Below are positions 22,365 through 32,880 of a stretch of DNA of 64,000 nt, piece by piece (position 1 is the first letter of the stretch; the number at the start of each line of letters is the position of its first letter). The notes beneath the pieces are model-generated. The model was not told where the DNA came from. It ran no database searches and saw only the letters and a list, made by a program, of their open reading frames with translations. Source of the stretch: an uncultured Chloroflexia bacterium (GTDB lineage Bacteria; Chloroflexota; UBA6077; JACCZL01); contig CAVXYC010000020.1 in assembly GCA_963765765.1 (NCBI GenBank), forward strand, positions 448,001 through 512,000, written 5' to 3'. The position numbers and the translations under genes are program-made.

Positions 22365-22586
22365 ATGATCCATTCTAGCGAGCACCAGAGAATGCGCTCA
22401 CGGACTGATTGGATGGACACTATTCAGTGCACTGACCCAGATCTCGCGGACCGTCTGACCGCCCGCGAGATCGAGATCCTCTGTCTCATGGCGGAAGGGT
22501 GTGATAACCAGACGATCGCCACCCTACTCGTGCTCGATCGGGCCACCATTCGCACACACGCCGCCACGGTCCTCACCAAATCTTGA
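22365..22586 (+). CDS. LuxR-type HTH protein (C-terminally short, possibly truncated)
   Basis: LTAREIEILCLMAEGCDNQTIATLLVLDRATIRTH. Confidence 0.7.
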   Translation: MIHSSEHQRMRSRTDWMDTIQCTDPDLADRLTAREIEILCLMAEGCDNQTIATLLVLDRATIRTHAATVLTKS

Positions 22587-22689
22587 CGGGCATTCGCGGC
22601 TGTAAGCGGTAGCTCGGGCCCGCGCGATCGGGGCTCTGCGGTTAACACCGTCCAGTGCCCCGTCAATCATCGCCGATGGTCGCCGAGAT

Positions 22690-22971
22690 TCAGCGAGCTG
22701 AGCGCTGAGGCGTATTGCCTTCCGATCGCGTGGCGGCCAGTTCGCGTTCCGCCAGCGTGGCACGCAGCCAGCGGAACATCGCGGAGTCATCGCCGTCCGT
22801 ATGGCCGGCAGCCCGATACTCCGCTCGGAGCCGGTCGATGATGGGAGCCGCGGCCGATCGCAGCTCTCCGACGGCCTCGTCCGACGGGCTCCGCTCAACG
22901 GTGTGAAGCGCCACCCGGAATCGCCCGAGCAGAGCGTCTCGGTCCTGATCGTTCGTCCTATGAGGGCTCAT
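22690..22971 (-). CDS. Small hypothetical protein
   Basis: C-terminal part of ORF 22690..23289 from MSPHRTND, preceded by AGAGGTG. Confidence 0.4.
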   Translation of the reverse strand: MSPHRTNDQDRDALLGRFRVALHTVERSPSDEAVGELRSAAAPIIDRLRAEYRAAGHTDGDDSAMFRWLRATLAERELAATRSEGNTPQRSAR

Positions 22972-23178
22972 TGTTTCACACCTCTGCAAGTAACTCCAGT
23001 AGCCTCTACCTCGTCCACATCCGCCACCCGACCCACACCGCAGGCTGCGCTGTTCCCCCAGTATCTGCAAAAAGTGACGTCTAGATAGATGCACCGTGAC
23101 ATAAAAATGCACGCAGATAGACACCAATTTCGTTGAGTAGAGGTCGAGGACACCATCCCGCCCCCACCGCGAGGCGTC

Positions 23179-23220
23179 GAAAGAGCGCCACGCTTGGGAC
23201 GAGCGTGGCGCTCTTTCTTG
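23179..23220. terminator. Strong hairpin, probable bidirectional terminator
   Basis: 16-bp perfect inverted repeat GAAAGAGCGCCACGCT-N7-AGCGTGGCGCTCTTTC downstream of the HNH-like gene. Confidence 0.65.
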
Positions 23221-23348
23221 GAGGCGGTCACCCTGACCCGGTGCGGCAGGCCAGGTGTACCACTCCTCAGCCAGACGCGCATTGAGCATCCACCGTTCCT
23301 ATTCCAGGATCGCCCACACGGCCAACGCCCGCCGCGCTTCCGGGGGCA

Positions 23349-24005
23349 TCACGGCTGAGTAGCGCGCCGGCGCCGGTTCCGCTGCCGTTGCGCCTCGCTT
23401 CGGCAGACCAGGCACTCCCGGTAGCCCCGCGTCGTCCGGGTGTTCTCCGGCGTGCGCGTGTGGCCGTTGCGACACTGCTCGATCGCCGTCCCGAATGTGA
23501 CGATACCGTGGACCGGATCGTACCGCCCGCCCCGCGGGACTGGGCGACGATGCTCCGGCCGGACGCAGCGGCGCTCGCCGTCGGGGCAGGCGAGTCCCAC
23601 GACGTGGCCCGGGGGCACCGGGCCGACCAGCGCCTCGTAGACCAGGAGCGCCGCGCTCCAGCCATGCCACTGCGGATACCCGGCGGCGTCGACGACACCG
23701 CGCCAGAGCCAGCAGCGCTCCGTCCGCTCGACCAGGTCCCAGAAGGCCTCCGGGAGCTCCGTGGGCCGCGGCCGCGCGCGCCGCCCGCCGTGCGGGTCAC
23801 CGCTGCGCCACCAGCGCTGATGATGGGCCCGGCACATGCCCCGCTGATGGGCCGGCTTGCCGCAGCCCTCCACGGAGCAGGTGCCGTCGTTGACCTGGGG
23901 GCGCCCATTCGGGTCGCCAGAGCGCCACCAGCGCATGTAGTGCGGGCGACACCAGCCGCGAGCGTAGGGGGAACGCTCGCAACCCGAGATGGTGCACGCC
24001 GACAC
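23349..24005 (-). CDS. Phage-type HNH-endonuclease-like protein with Zn-binding repeats
   Basis: Two C..GC..RG.C..H..RWWRSGDP repeats; FWDLV..CWLWRG..GY..LVYEALVGPVP..C..CVRPEH; C-terminal CRNGH..ENT..RECLVC. Confidence 0.75.
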   Translation of the reverse strand: MSACTISGCERSPYARGWCRPHYMRWWRSGDPNGRPQVNDGTCSVEGCGKPAHQRGMCRAHHQRWWRSGDPHGGRRARPRPTELPEAFWDLVERTERCWLWRGVVDAAGYPQWHGWSAALLVYEALVGPVPPGHVVGLACPDGERRCVRPEHRRPVPRGGRYDPVHGIVTFGTAIEQCRNGHTRTPENTRTTRGYRECLVCRSEAQRQRNRRRRATQP

Positions 24006-24687
24006 GGCGACTAGGGAACCCGCCTGAAGCAGGCGGCCATGGACGTGAGCACGTCCAGCGGGTTCAGCAGCGGCTCGGTGTGGACCAGCGATGCGGCGAG
24101 CCGCGCGGAGATGAGCGTGGGGAGCATGGTGCGGCCATTCTACTTCTGGCGGTGGAGTATGGCGGGATGCGAGGCCCCTGAGCGTTTCAGCGGCGCCGAA
24201 CCCACCCTTCCGCGCCCGTTCTCGGGATACTCAGGAGAGCTGATGCTTCCCGACGTCCCAGGTGCTCGGCTTCGCCTCCCGTGGCGGATCGCCGTACCAG
24301 AAGTCCGGATAGGCTGGGAGCTGCTTCGGATCCGCCAGCTTCGCCCAGCAGGCATCGCGGAGTGCCCGCTGCTGGTCTTTCTCCAGCCGCATCGCCTGCA
24401 CGAGTTTGCAGGGTCAGGCGCCAGACCACGGAACGCTATGGCAGATCGATCAACTAGTCGCCTGCGCCCTCGGCCCACGCAGGCGAATCGTTGGCCCGTC
24501 TGAGCTATTGACGCTGGCCCGTGTGGGGTCTACTGTTCCGCTCGCATATCAGGACAACGGATTCAAGCGAGGGACCGCACAGCCATGACTGAACAGACCG
24601 CCGGATTCTCGGACGCTAACATTACCCGTTCTGTGCGCTGGTTGCAGCAGCGGGAGCTCTATCACTACGTAGAAAGAGGCTTCCCCC

Positions 24688-25967
24688 ATGCGCGCTGTCA
24701 CTTCGTCCGGCCGGTTCTGGCTTCCCCTCAGGCGCACACTCTCCGTCGCGATCGTCTTGTCCCTGCTGGTCAGCCTGCTGGCGCCGACGCTGCCCACCAG
24801 TGTCCAGGCGCAGGATCGTTCATCTCAAGTCGACGATCGCGTTCACCAGCAACCGGGACCAACCCCAACAGGATTGTCGTTGACCCCCCCACCGACATCT
24901 ACCTGATGGACCCGGACGGCACGAACGTGCGGCGTCTGACGGTCACGGCTGGTGAGTACAACACCTTTCCGATCTTGTCGCCGGACGGCAAGAAGATCGT
25001 GTTCGAGAGCACCCGGAACAAATTCGTCGCCGAGCGGGGACGCTACGGACCTGTTCGTGATGAACGCGGACGGCAGCGAGCTGTCGGCGCTGACCCTGGG
25101 CGCTTCCGTCAGCTGGTCGCCGGACAGCAAAAACATCGTGTTCCACGCCTCCCAGTCGGGCGAAGGGGTGCCCCCCGTGATGGACCCGGGCGGGGCGACG
25201 TCGGACAGCGACATCTTCGTCCTGAACGTGGACGACTGCCAAAAGGCAAACCAGCTCGCCAACGCAGACCGGACGAAGGGCCGCTGCCGCGACACAGCGC
25301 GGGCGAAGAACCTCACGAACAATGGGGGTGTCACGATCGACGGCGACCCGGACTGGTCGCCGGACGGGAAAACGATCGTCTTCACGAGCCTCGTCACGGG
25401 CACTGGTCCCGCGATCTACGTGATCAACGCGGACGGGACGGGGACGCGGCAGTCGCTGACCACCAACAACCCCATCCAGGGTCGTACGCCTGACTGGTCC
25501 CCAAATGGCAAACGCATTGCCTTCGTGATCCAGGATGTCGGAGGCGACGTCGGAACCGACCTCGAGATCTGCGTCATCAACGCGGACGGCACGGGCCTGG
25601 TGCGGCTGACCAACACGATCTCATCCCCGACGTGCGGCCGATGTGGTCACCCGATGGCCTACAGATCCTGTTCGCGAGGCCGTCGAAGCCGGACGGGGTG
25701 CGGGGAGTGCCAGCCCAGCAGCTCTTTGTGATGAATGCGGACGGCACGGGCGAGGTGCGGCTGACCAATGCCTTACCGGGCGCTATGGGCAATCGGCCGG
25801 TCGTCACCGCATTGGCGAGCTGGGGCTGGCTCAGGGTCCCCCCTGGTCCGCCCCCAACCGTGACGTCGACGCCCACCCGGACCCTCACAGTTACGACTAC
25901 TCCAACACCCGCGAACACGCCAACCATGACGCCGACGCTGACTGCTACAGCCACGCCGACACCGTAG
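24688..25967 (+). CDS. Secreted TolB-like PD40 beta-propeller protein with Pro/Thr tail (frameshifted)
   Basis: Signal peptide, repeated WSPDG/WSPNG and (M/I)NADG motifs across ORFs 24585, 24952 and 25632. Confidence 0.85.
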
Positions 25968-26457
25968 GAGCCGCAGTGGCCGCAGCGCTCGACCATCACG
26001 GCAAGCGCGGCCAGTTGAGGACGCCATTCGCGTCGGCGTTCGTGGACGGGCCGCTCGACGACGACCTCGCGCTCGTTGTAGTTCTGAACGTAGGTGGTCG
26101 GACAGGCCGAATTGGCCGGCGTTCGCCACCAGGTCGACGAGCCACCGGAGCCCGCCTGCTCCCGTAACGGCGGCAGTGGAGGCAAGCGGGCAATGATGTC
26201 GTCGACCAGGGCGTCGGAGTCCATGCCAGGAGATCGCCTGACATCAGCAGCTCCGCCACACGCGTGGCGCCTGAAGCTGGTCAGACGCCCACCCGTCAGC
26301 GCAGAGCCCAAACACGGAATGGGGACAAAAAACGCCCAGAATTGCCGCCATGGGCGTCTGGTGAGGCGTGAGAAGCGTCCAGGATTTAACGTTCGGACGA
26401 ACGCGTGAGAACCTCACGTGAGGACCTTCCTCTATCTCCCGCGAGAGGCGGAGAACG

Positions 26458-26835
26458 ATGAAGTGGACCGACCTGGATGCTCTGGCGAATGCATTGCGTC
26501 GCACGCTCAAGCGTGGCTCCCTGCGCGGCCTCCCGCCGATCATCGACGAACCGACGCGGATATTCACCCCGGAGCTGCTGGCGCGGATCGTATTAGCCGA
26601 TATCGAGCACGTCCGCGAGTTGGAACGGGACGGTTCAAGTCCGAATTTGGACGAGCGACGCCAGGAGCTCGCGAATCTGATCTGTGCCCTGCTGGCGCTG
26701 CGGGCCGCCCATCGAAGGATTTCTCCGGCATGTCCGATAACGGGTATCGGGGGTCCCTACCGTGGATCACACCATGACTGGACCGCGCTTCATCGCCCCA
26801 GGTCTTCGGACACCACCCTCGCCCGATCTAGTTGA
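26458..26835 (+). CDS. Hypothetical protein
   Basis: RBS GGAGA, helical 125-aa ORF; C-terminus doubtful. Confidence 0.4.
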   Translation: MKWTDLDALANALRRTLKRGSLRGLPPIIDEPTRIFTPELLARIVLADIEHVRELERDGSSPNLDERRQELANLICALLALRAAHRRISPACPITGIGGPYRGSHHDWTALHRPRSSDTTLARSS

Positions 26836-27045
26836 CAGAAGACCGGGTGTGCGCCATGATTCTAGGTGGATCGGCCGGCTACCACCTCTGTACTCCGCCG
26901 GTCCATCCATACGGCCCCCGACGCAGTCGTGAGTCGGGGGCTCTCCTCTGCCCCGAATGCTGTTCTGATACCGCGAGGTCTTCTTGATACCACCCCGCCC
27001 CGCAGAGGCCGTTTCTCGTCACGCTGTGCGGGCGTGCGAGCGCCT

Positions 27046-27570
27046 CTAGCGAATGTGAAGCACGTAGCGATCGACGAGCAGCGCGCTCACGATCAGCCAC
27101 ACGACGCCCAGCACGAGAACCAAGCAACCGCCGAGATCGACGTCAGAAGCGACCCGCCCACGCGACACAAACGCAAGCAATCCTGGAATCCCTATCGCCC
27201 CGAGCCAGGCGAGAGCCACCCCCGTGAACACGAAAATCGCCAGAATATAGGGCAACTCCTGGGTAATCCTGATCCCGTCTGGCCCCAACCACGCGCCAGC
27301 GAACCACAATCCGAGCCCGACGAAGAACCATTGCTTTGAACGTGTCGTCTCTGCTCACCAGAATCGCCACCAGGGCCGCCGTTCCTGCCCCCCGACGTTC
27401 GGCATCGTCATAGGCGTACAGGGCGCCGGCAACACATCCATCCGAACGTCCCGCCCACGAGCGCAGCCCCCAGCGGGACGGCGCCCACACGTACAGCACC
27501 CCTCCTACGGTGATGAGGACAATGGCGAGCGTTACACCCACTGGCTCCCGTACCGGACTCTCGTTGCTCA
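27046..27570 (-). CDS. Hypothetical membrane protein (frameshifted)
   Basis: Hydrophobic segments in ORFs 27143..27838 (from MSNESPV) and 27046..27309. Confidence 0.5.
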
Positions 27571-27590
27571 TTGCTCGTGCCGACGCATCA

Positions 27591-28084
27591 TCATGAACTC
27601 CAGAACCGCCGCAACCAGGCCCTGTAGCTCCATGGCCGCCGCCCACGCCCCTCGGCTGGCTGTGAGGCCGTGGTGTAGGTGTCCTGCACGGGTAATTCCA
27701 TCGTGGTGATGCCGTCTGGAGGGGTGCGCGGATCGGGTGCCTGCAACTGTGGCCGCTGTTCCTTGAGGTACTGCCACAGTTCCCGTGAGCGCTCGCGTTC
27801 CTCGTCCAGGTCATGGCGCAAGCCTTCGAGCTGGGCATTCAGGATTCTCACAGTTTCGGTGAGCGCGGCCACGGTGGAACCCTCCGGTGAATCACAGAGG
27901 GTGTCTGGGCATCTGCACCATTCGTGACGCCGTTCTCATCGGGCATCTGCACAAGCAGGCGGTAGCCCTGGGGTCGGGCCTCGCGCTCGGTGGGCAGCTC
28001 GCCGCGTTTAATCCGGCGCTTCAGCGTGACGACGCTACAGTCGAGCCGTTCCGCGGCGACACTCAGCGGCACCCATTCGGACAT
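27591..28084 (-). CDS. HTH plus coiled-coil DNA-binding protein of mobile elements (frameshifted)
   Basis: WVPLSVAAERLDCSVVTLKRRIKRGEL HTH, coiled coil, amphipathic end RAWLRRFWSS. Confidence 0.65.
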
Positions 28085-28347
28085 GCTCACCACCACCTCA
28101 CGCACGGGATCAGCCATGGTAGCGTGAGGCCCTGGCTGCAACGGTCGCTTGACGTATACAGCACCGCTACAGAGAGGGTGTCAGAGGACGGCTACACAGG
28201 GGATCACAGGGGATCAGACGCCAAAACGGGGCCGAAATGGGCCGCTCATGTAGATCTATGAGTTATTAGCTCTACCAGGCCGCTCTTACGTCAACTCCTC
28301 GCGGAGGGCCTCTCTGACGAAGTTATCGAGCTGGCTTTCTGAAATCC

Positions 28348-28713
28348 CTATCCACTCAGCGGTCGAATGAGCCACGCTCCCCTGGAGCGTACGACCCTCG
28401 GGGCCCTGTGTTGCATCGTCACGGGCACCCGTCCATCGGCATCGTCTCGGAGCTGTTCCACCGAGCGCCCCGTCCAGCGATACGGCACGATGACCCGCTC
28501 GTCAAGGACCCACAAATTCCGCGCAGCGTCCCAGGTTGCACAGTGGTAGTGCAGCCACATCCGCTCGCCGTCGCTGTTCACTTGCGCCGTGCAGTCGTCA
28601 TAGCCCGTCTCGTAGGAGATTTCGTCACACATCTCCACACCGGTGCCGTCCTTCTCGTCAATCGTTGGCCCCTGGACTTGCAACACCACGGCCAGCACAA
28701 GCGCCAGTATCAT
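28348..28713 (-). CDS. Small secreted Cys-containing protein
   Basis: Hydrophobic leader MILALVLAVVLQVQ; start overlaps the AbrB stop (ATGA). Confidence 0.55.
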   Translation of the reverse strand: MILALVLAVVLQVQGPTIDEKDGTGVEMCDEISYETGYDDCTAQVNSDGERMWLHYHCATWDAARNLWVLDERVIVPYRWTGRSVEQLRDDADGRVPVTMQHRAPRVVRSRGAWLIRPLSG

Positions 28714-29012
28714 TCGTGCCCATCCTCAACGCCCTTCTCCGTCTGCGTCTGGCGGTGCGTCAGCGCGCCCTGGGGCACCTCACGCGGCTCATGCGCCCCC
28801 AGGCGATCGAGCAATCCACGATGCTGCTGGACGACCCGGCGGCCGCTCTCCTGGATCGCTGCCTCGTAGCTCTCGGGGCGAGTGATGAGCACGTCGCCGT
28901 TCTCGAGCGCTTGGATCACGACGCGTGTCCCAGCGGGATACTGGTCGACAATCGATCGCGGCAGCGTGATCACCGAGCTGTTGCCGACCTTCCGCACTTT
29001 CACGAGATCCAT
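28710..29012 (-). CDS. AbrB/MazE/SpoVT-family DNA-binding protein (antitoxin-like)
   Basis: KVRKVGNSSVITLP swapped-hairpin motif; helical tail RRVVQQHRGLLDRL. Confidence 0.85.
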   Translation of the reverse strand: MDLVKVRKVGNSSVITLPRSIVDQYPAGTRVVIQALENGDVLITRPESYEAAIQESGRRVVQQHRGLLDRLGAHEPREVPQGALTHRQTQTEKGVEDGHE

Positions 29013-29131
29013 CAGCCCCCCATCCCTACGTATATCTTTGTATACACCACAAACGGATGGTGTTCAAATGGGGTGTTTCCGGCATGCGCGGCGGCGTGCA
29101 CACGCTCCGTCGGAGTAGACTCGCTGACCGT

Positions 29132-29336
29132 TATGACCCATCACCAGCTCCAGTGCTTCGCGCTCGAGCGGCTCGGCCGCCTGGTTGCGCTGCACGACCG
29201 CATGGATGCGTCCTGGACGCGGGCCGAGCGGCGCCTCGTCGAGCATGCGCTGTATGCGACCTATCAGGACTGTGAGCAGGCCGGCCTGCGCGTGGTGGCG
29301 CGAGCGGTGCTGGCCGAGATGCGGTCGAGCTGCTGA
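29132..29336 (+). CDS. Small hypothetical protein
   Basis: C-terminal part of ORF 28536..29336 from MTHHQLQ; helical; start approximate. Confidence 0.45.
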
Positions 29337-29399
29337 TATGACCTGATTCGCGTTATCAGGTCGCTCTTATGTCTCAATGGTTCGCGGAAGCGCCGCCCC

Positions 29400-29908
29400 T
29401 CACTCAGCGGAACAGTTGCAGGACGGTCAGTGTCCCGGCCGCGGTGAGCGTCCGGCCCCGCGCCGGTGAGTGTGACCGTGGCCGGGTGCCGACCCCGCTC
29501 GTCCGCCTCCCCATCGGTGGGCAGGATGGTCGCGGTGTACAGATCCCCGGACCGGGTCGCTCGGAATTCGATGCCCGCGCCGGTCAGGCCGGCGATGCCG
29601 TCGTGGTCGAGGTCGGCGCAGCTCGCCCGGGGGGCTTCTCCGCCACCAGGATCGTGTTCGAGGTGCCATCCTGGACACGCGCCGCGCCCCCGACCCGCGC
29701 CTGGCCGTCCGAGCCGATGGTGAGTTGCCCCTGCAGCTCGAACTCGACACCGTGAAACGACCACGACACGATCCTCACATCTTGGAGCCCGGAACCGGAC
29801 CCGCCATCCGGCGGGTGTCAGGTCCCGTCGTGCTCGGCCCCGGCGGTGGCCGGCAGGAGCGCGAGCAGCCCGACTAGGAACGCGATGGGCAGATGCAAGT
29901 TTCGTCAT
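29400..29908 (-). CDS. Hypothetical secreted protein containing a DGTSNT motif (frameshifted; 3' end approximate)
   Basis: RBS GGAGG at the MTKLAS start; ORF 29584..29778 has QDGTSNTILVAEK. Confidence 0.4.
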
Positions 29909-30141
29909 CGCCGCCTCCGACCGGGTCCGCGCCCGGTCCGCCAGTCAGTCTAGCGCCGAGTGGGGTGCCCGGCAAGCCCTGTCCGAGTCAGGGTCATTCT
30001 CGGGCCGTTGCGAGGGCGGTTGAGCTATGATCGCACCGACAACACGAAAGAACGGCCCGGCCGGGTGCAGCTAACACCTGACCGAGCCTAACCACCGAAC
30101 CTGGTTGAGCAGGACGGGGCTTCCGTCATCGTATCAAAGCG

Positions 30142-30183
30142 AGGCGGCCTCCTCTTTTCCTGACAGGGGTGGCCGCCTTTTTT
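30142..30183 (+). terminator. Intrinsic-terminator-like hairpin in the integrase leader
   Basis: AGGCGGCC..GGCCGCCT followed by a T-run, about 25 nt before the integrase ATG. Confidence 0.6.
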
Positions 30184-30208
30184 GTTGATCTCGACGCGGA
30201 GGAATGAC

Positions 30209-31460
30209 ATGAGCAAGCGGGCGAACGGGGAAGGGTGCGTCTTTCAGGATGCGACTCGAGGGTGGTCCGTTGCGATCACGATTGACGGGCGGCGCGTGGT
30301 CCGCAAGGCGCCGGTCCAGACACGCACCGGAGCGGACCAGCTCCTCCGCAAGCTGCTGGCGGACCGCGATGACGGCGGCCTCGTGCGTGGCTCAATGACG
30401 CTGGAGAAGTACGTTCCGGAATGGCTCGAAGCGCTGGCACTCCGAGGAGTCCGGCCCCGGTCGCTAGAAGCGTATGAGGATAAAGTGCGGAAGCACCTGC
30501 TCCCGACGCTCGGCAAAACGAAGCTTGACAAGCTCACCACGCGGCAGGTGGAACGGGTGTACGCGGCCAAGCTCGCGGAGGGACTCGCACCCAAGAGCAT
30601 CGACCTTCTGCACACCGCATTCAACGGCATTCTGAAACACGCCAAGCGGCGCGGGATTATCACGCGCAACGTCCTGGAGCTGGTCGAGCGGCCGAAGGTG
30701 CCCAAGTTCGAGGCGCGGCCCCTCACGATCGAAGAAGCCCAGCGGTTGCTGGTCGCCGTGCAGGGGCATCGAGACGGCGCGTTCTGGACGTTCCTCGTGG
30801 GCACGGGGCTGCCGGTTCGGGGAAGCGGCCGGGCTCACGTGGGAGTCGGTGGATCTCGCGGCCGGTGTCGTGTCGATCCAGCAGGCGGCCGTGCGGATTC
30901 GGAAGAACGGAAAAACGCACATGGAGCTGGCGCCGACGAAAACGGCCGCCAGCGTACGCACGTTGCCGATTCCCCCCTGGGTGATCGAGGCACTCCAGTC
31001 TCAACGCAAGAGAGTCGCTGAGATGCGCCTGCCGGCCGGTCCAGTCTGGGACGGTATGGACCTAGCATTTCCATCCGACCGCGGTACCCCACTCCGCCAG
31101 GCCCACGTCCGCGAGCGCTGGATCGCAATGCTGGATGCGGCCGGTCTTCCGCGCTGCCGCATGCACGACCTCCGGCATACCTTCGCGACGATCATGCTCG
31201 ATAGCGGCGATGATCTGGTGGCGGTTCAACGCTCGCTCGGACATAGCAAGGTGAGCATCACGGCGGATCTGTATGTCGGGCGCGTACCGAATGCTCAGCG
31301 GCGGGCTGTGCTGCGCTACGGCGAGTTGCTTTCGACGGTCAGTCAGGCCCTGGAGCAGACCCGTGAATCAGCCAGGCCTGCCACGGAGCGGAGTGACAAC
31401 CCGCATGAGCACCCACGATACGCTGATCATCCGTCAGTGTGTGCTGAAGGCCGCGGCTGA
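30209..31460 (+). CDS. int: Phage/ICE-type tyrosine recombinase (integrase); one extra G near 30808
   Basis: MSKRANGEG start, SAM-like domain, catalytic G(C)RFGE, KT, HDLRH, LGHS, DLY. Confidence 0.93.
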
Positions 31461-31726
31461 GTTTTGTGCAAGTCGGCCAGAGCTGAAGTCGGGCCGGATC
31501 TCTTTTTGCTCGCTGCGCGCTCGGAGGAGTAGGTCACACGCTGAGGCCTCACCACCCCATCCAGCCGCATCCCCAGCCGAGGACGTGGTTAGAGTTGGTA
31601 TGCCAACCACGACCGCGACCGGGGGCGTCCCCCAAAAGGAGACCTCTTCATCATGACACTCAGCGATCAGGAAATCAAAGCGTTCATCATCCAGCCAGCG
31701 GGCGTCTGGGAAGGCCCGAGCGAAGC

Positions 31727-31762
31727 GAAGCCCCCGGAATCCCCGGGTGCTTCTTTACGTTT
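31727..31762 (+). terminator. Hairpin with T-rich tail between integrase and Ntn gene
   Basis: GAAGCCCCCGG..CCGGGTGCTTC followed by TTTACGTTT. Confidence 0.4.
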
Positions 31763-31774
31763 CAATGTCTCGGG

Positions 31775-32647
31775 ATGACTATCGCTGTCGCCGCAACTTT
31801 CCCATGGGGTCACATGCGCAATGTGGCGAACAGCTTACCGCGAGGCGTCTCGATGGAAGAAGGGGTCGTGCTCGCGACAGACAGCCGATTCACGCTGCAA
31901 GACGGCTCCTTTGTTGACGACGGTAGGAAGATTTACCACTTGCCCCCTGACGCAGCTGCCGTTGCCTACGCCGGCGACATCCTAATTGCTCAGGGGGCGA
32001 TTAGCAGCTTCGCGAGGTACATGACGCGCCGAACACATGGAACGGTCCGTGATCCGCGGGATATGGCCTCATCAATCTTCAGCAGCGAATACAGCAGCGT
32101 CATGGCTGACAGGAAGGCAAAGTCGGGGAGGCAGCCTTCTCCGTCACCGACTTACGCGCTCATCGGGGTATGCACGCCCCAGGGGCAGGCAGAGGTCATA
32201 CGCTACTGCTATCCGAGTTTTGAGAAGCTAATCGTCAAGGGCGTCACCGTCGTTGGATGGCCTGAGGATATTGCGCTCTTCCGGCAGGCGCTCGACCGGC
32301 GAATGGAGGACAGATTCAGGGACGGAGACTTGCCGATGACGGACCTCGAGAATTGGGCGATGGACATTGTCTCGAGCGTCGCTGCCACCCTGCAGAATCC
32401 AAATCGCTCAAAGTCCATTGGGGGAAGAGTCCAGTCTCTGACGATCACAAGGGGGACGGTCGTTGAGCAGAATATGTCGAGCACCGCAGATGACCCAGCC
32501 GTGCCCGGCAACTGGGTTAAGGAAACGGTGCCCCTGGCCGAAACGCGAGCCTTTGCGCCAGATCGAAAGAACAAGCGGACCAGAGCCGAACCCGGGTTGA
32601 TTTGCACGAGCTTCGTTCCTACGATGCCGCCGGCGAGACCGATTTAA
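31775..32647 (+). CDS. Ntn-hydrolase / proteasome-beta-like protein
   Basis: In-frame ATG gives M-T-I-A-V (Thr1 after Met removal), GVVLATDSRFT, RKIY, VAYAGD, late SIGGRVQ. Confidence 0.65.
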   Translation: MTIAVAATFPWGHMRNVANSLPRGVSMEEGVVLATDSRFTLQDGSFVDDGRKIYHLPPDAAAVAYAGDILIAQGAISSFARYMTRRTHGTVRDPRDMASSIFSSEYSSVMADRKAKSGRQPSPSPTYALIGVCTPQGQAEVIRYCYPSFEKLIVKGVTVVGWPEDIALFRQALDRRMEDRFRDGDLPMTDLENWAMDIVSSVAATLQNPNRSKSIGGRVQSLTITRGTVVEQNMSSTADDPAVPGNWVKETVPLAETRAFAPDRKNKRTRAEPGLICTSFVPTMPPARPI

Positions 32648-32792
32648 TCACCACGCCCCAAGACGTAGCCGCTGCTTCCGCTGCCGCTCCCAGCGCGATA
32701 CGACGCCTCATCCGTCCAGCGGTGGAAGGACAGCGTCGCAACTCTCTGCTCGGGTCCGCTGTGACAAGGTGAGAAAGACCCAGTGGATTCTT

Positions 32793-32880
32793 ACAGCAGG
32801 ATGAGCATCCTCGCTGAGCTCCATGTGGCTGCGTGCCGAACGCTCAACCGCGGGCGGTTCTGCGTTATGGCGAACTCCTG
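32793..32880 (+). pseudogene. Relic of the integrase 3' end
   Basis: Aligns with 31243..31330 (SKVSITADLYVGRVPNAQRRAVLRYGELL). Confidence 0.75.

Noticed and set aside
31405-31656. ORF MSTHDTLIIRQCVLKAAAEF overlapping the integrase end
   Set aside because: Possibly a phage-gene remnant, but too short and degraded to call.
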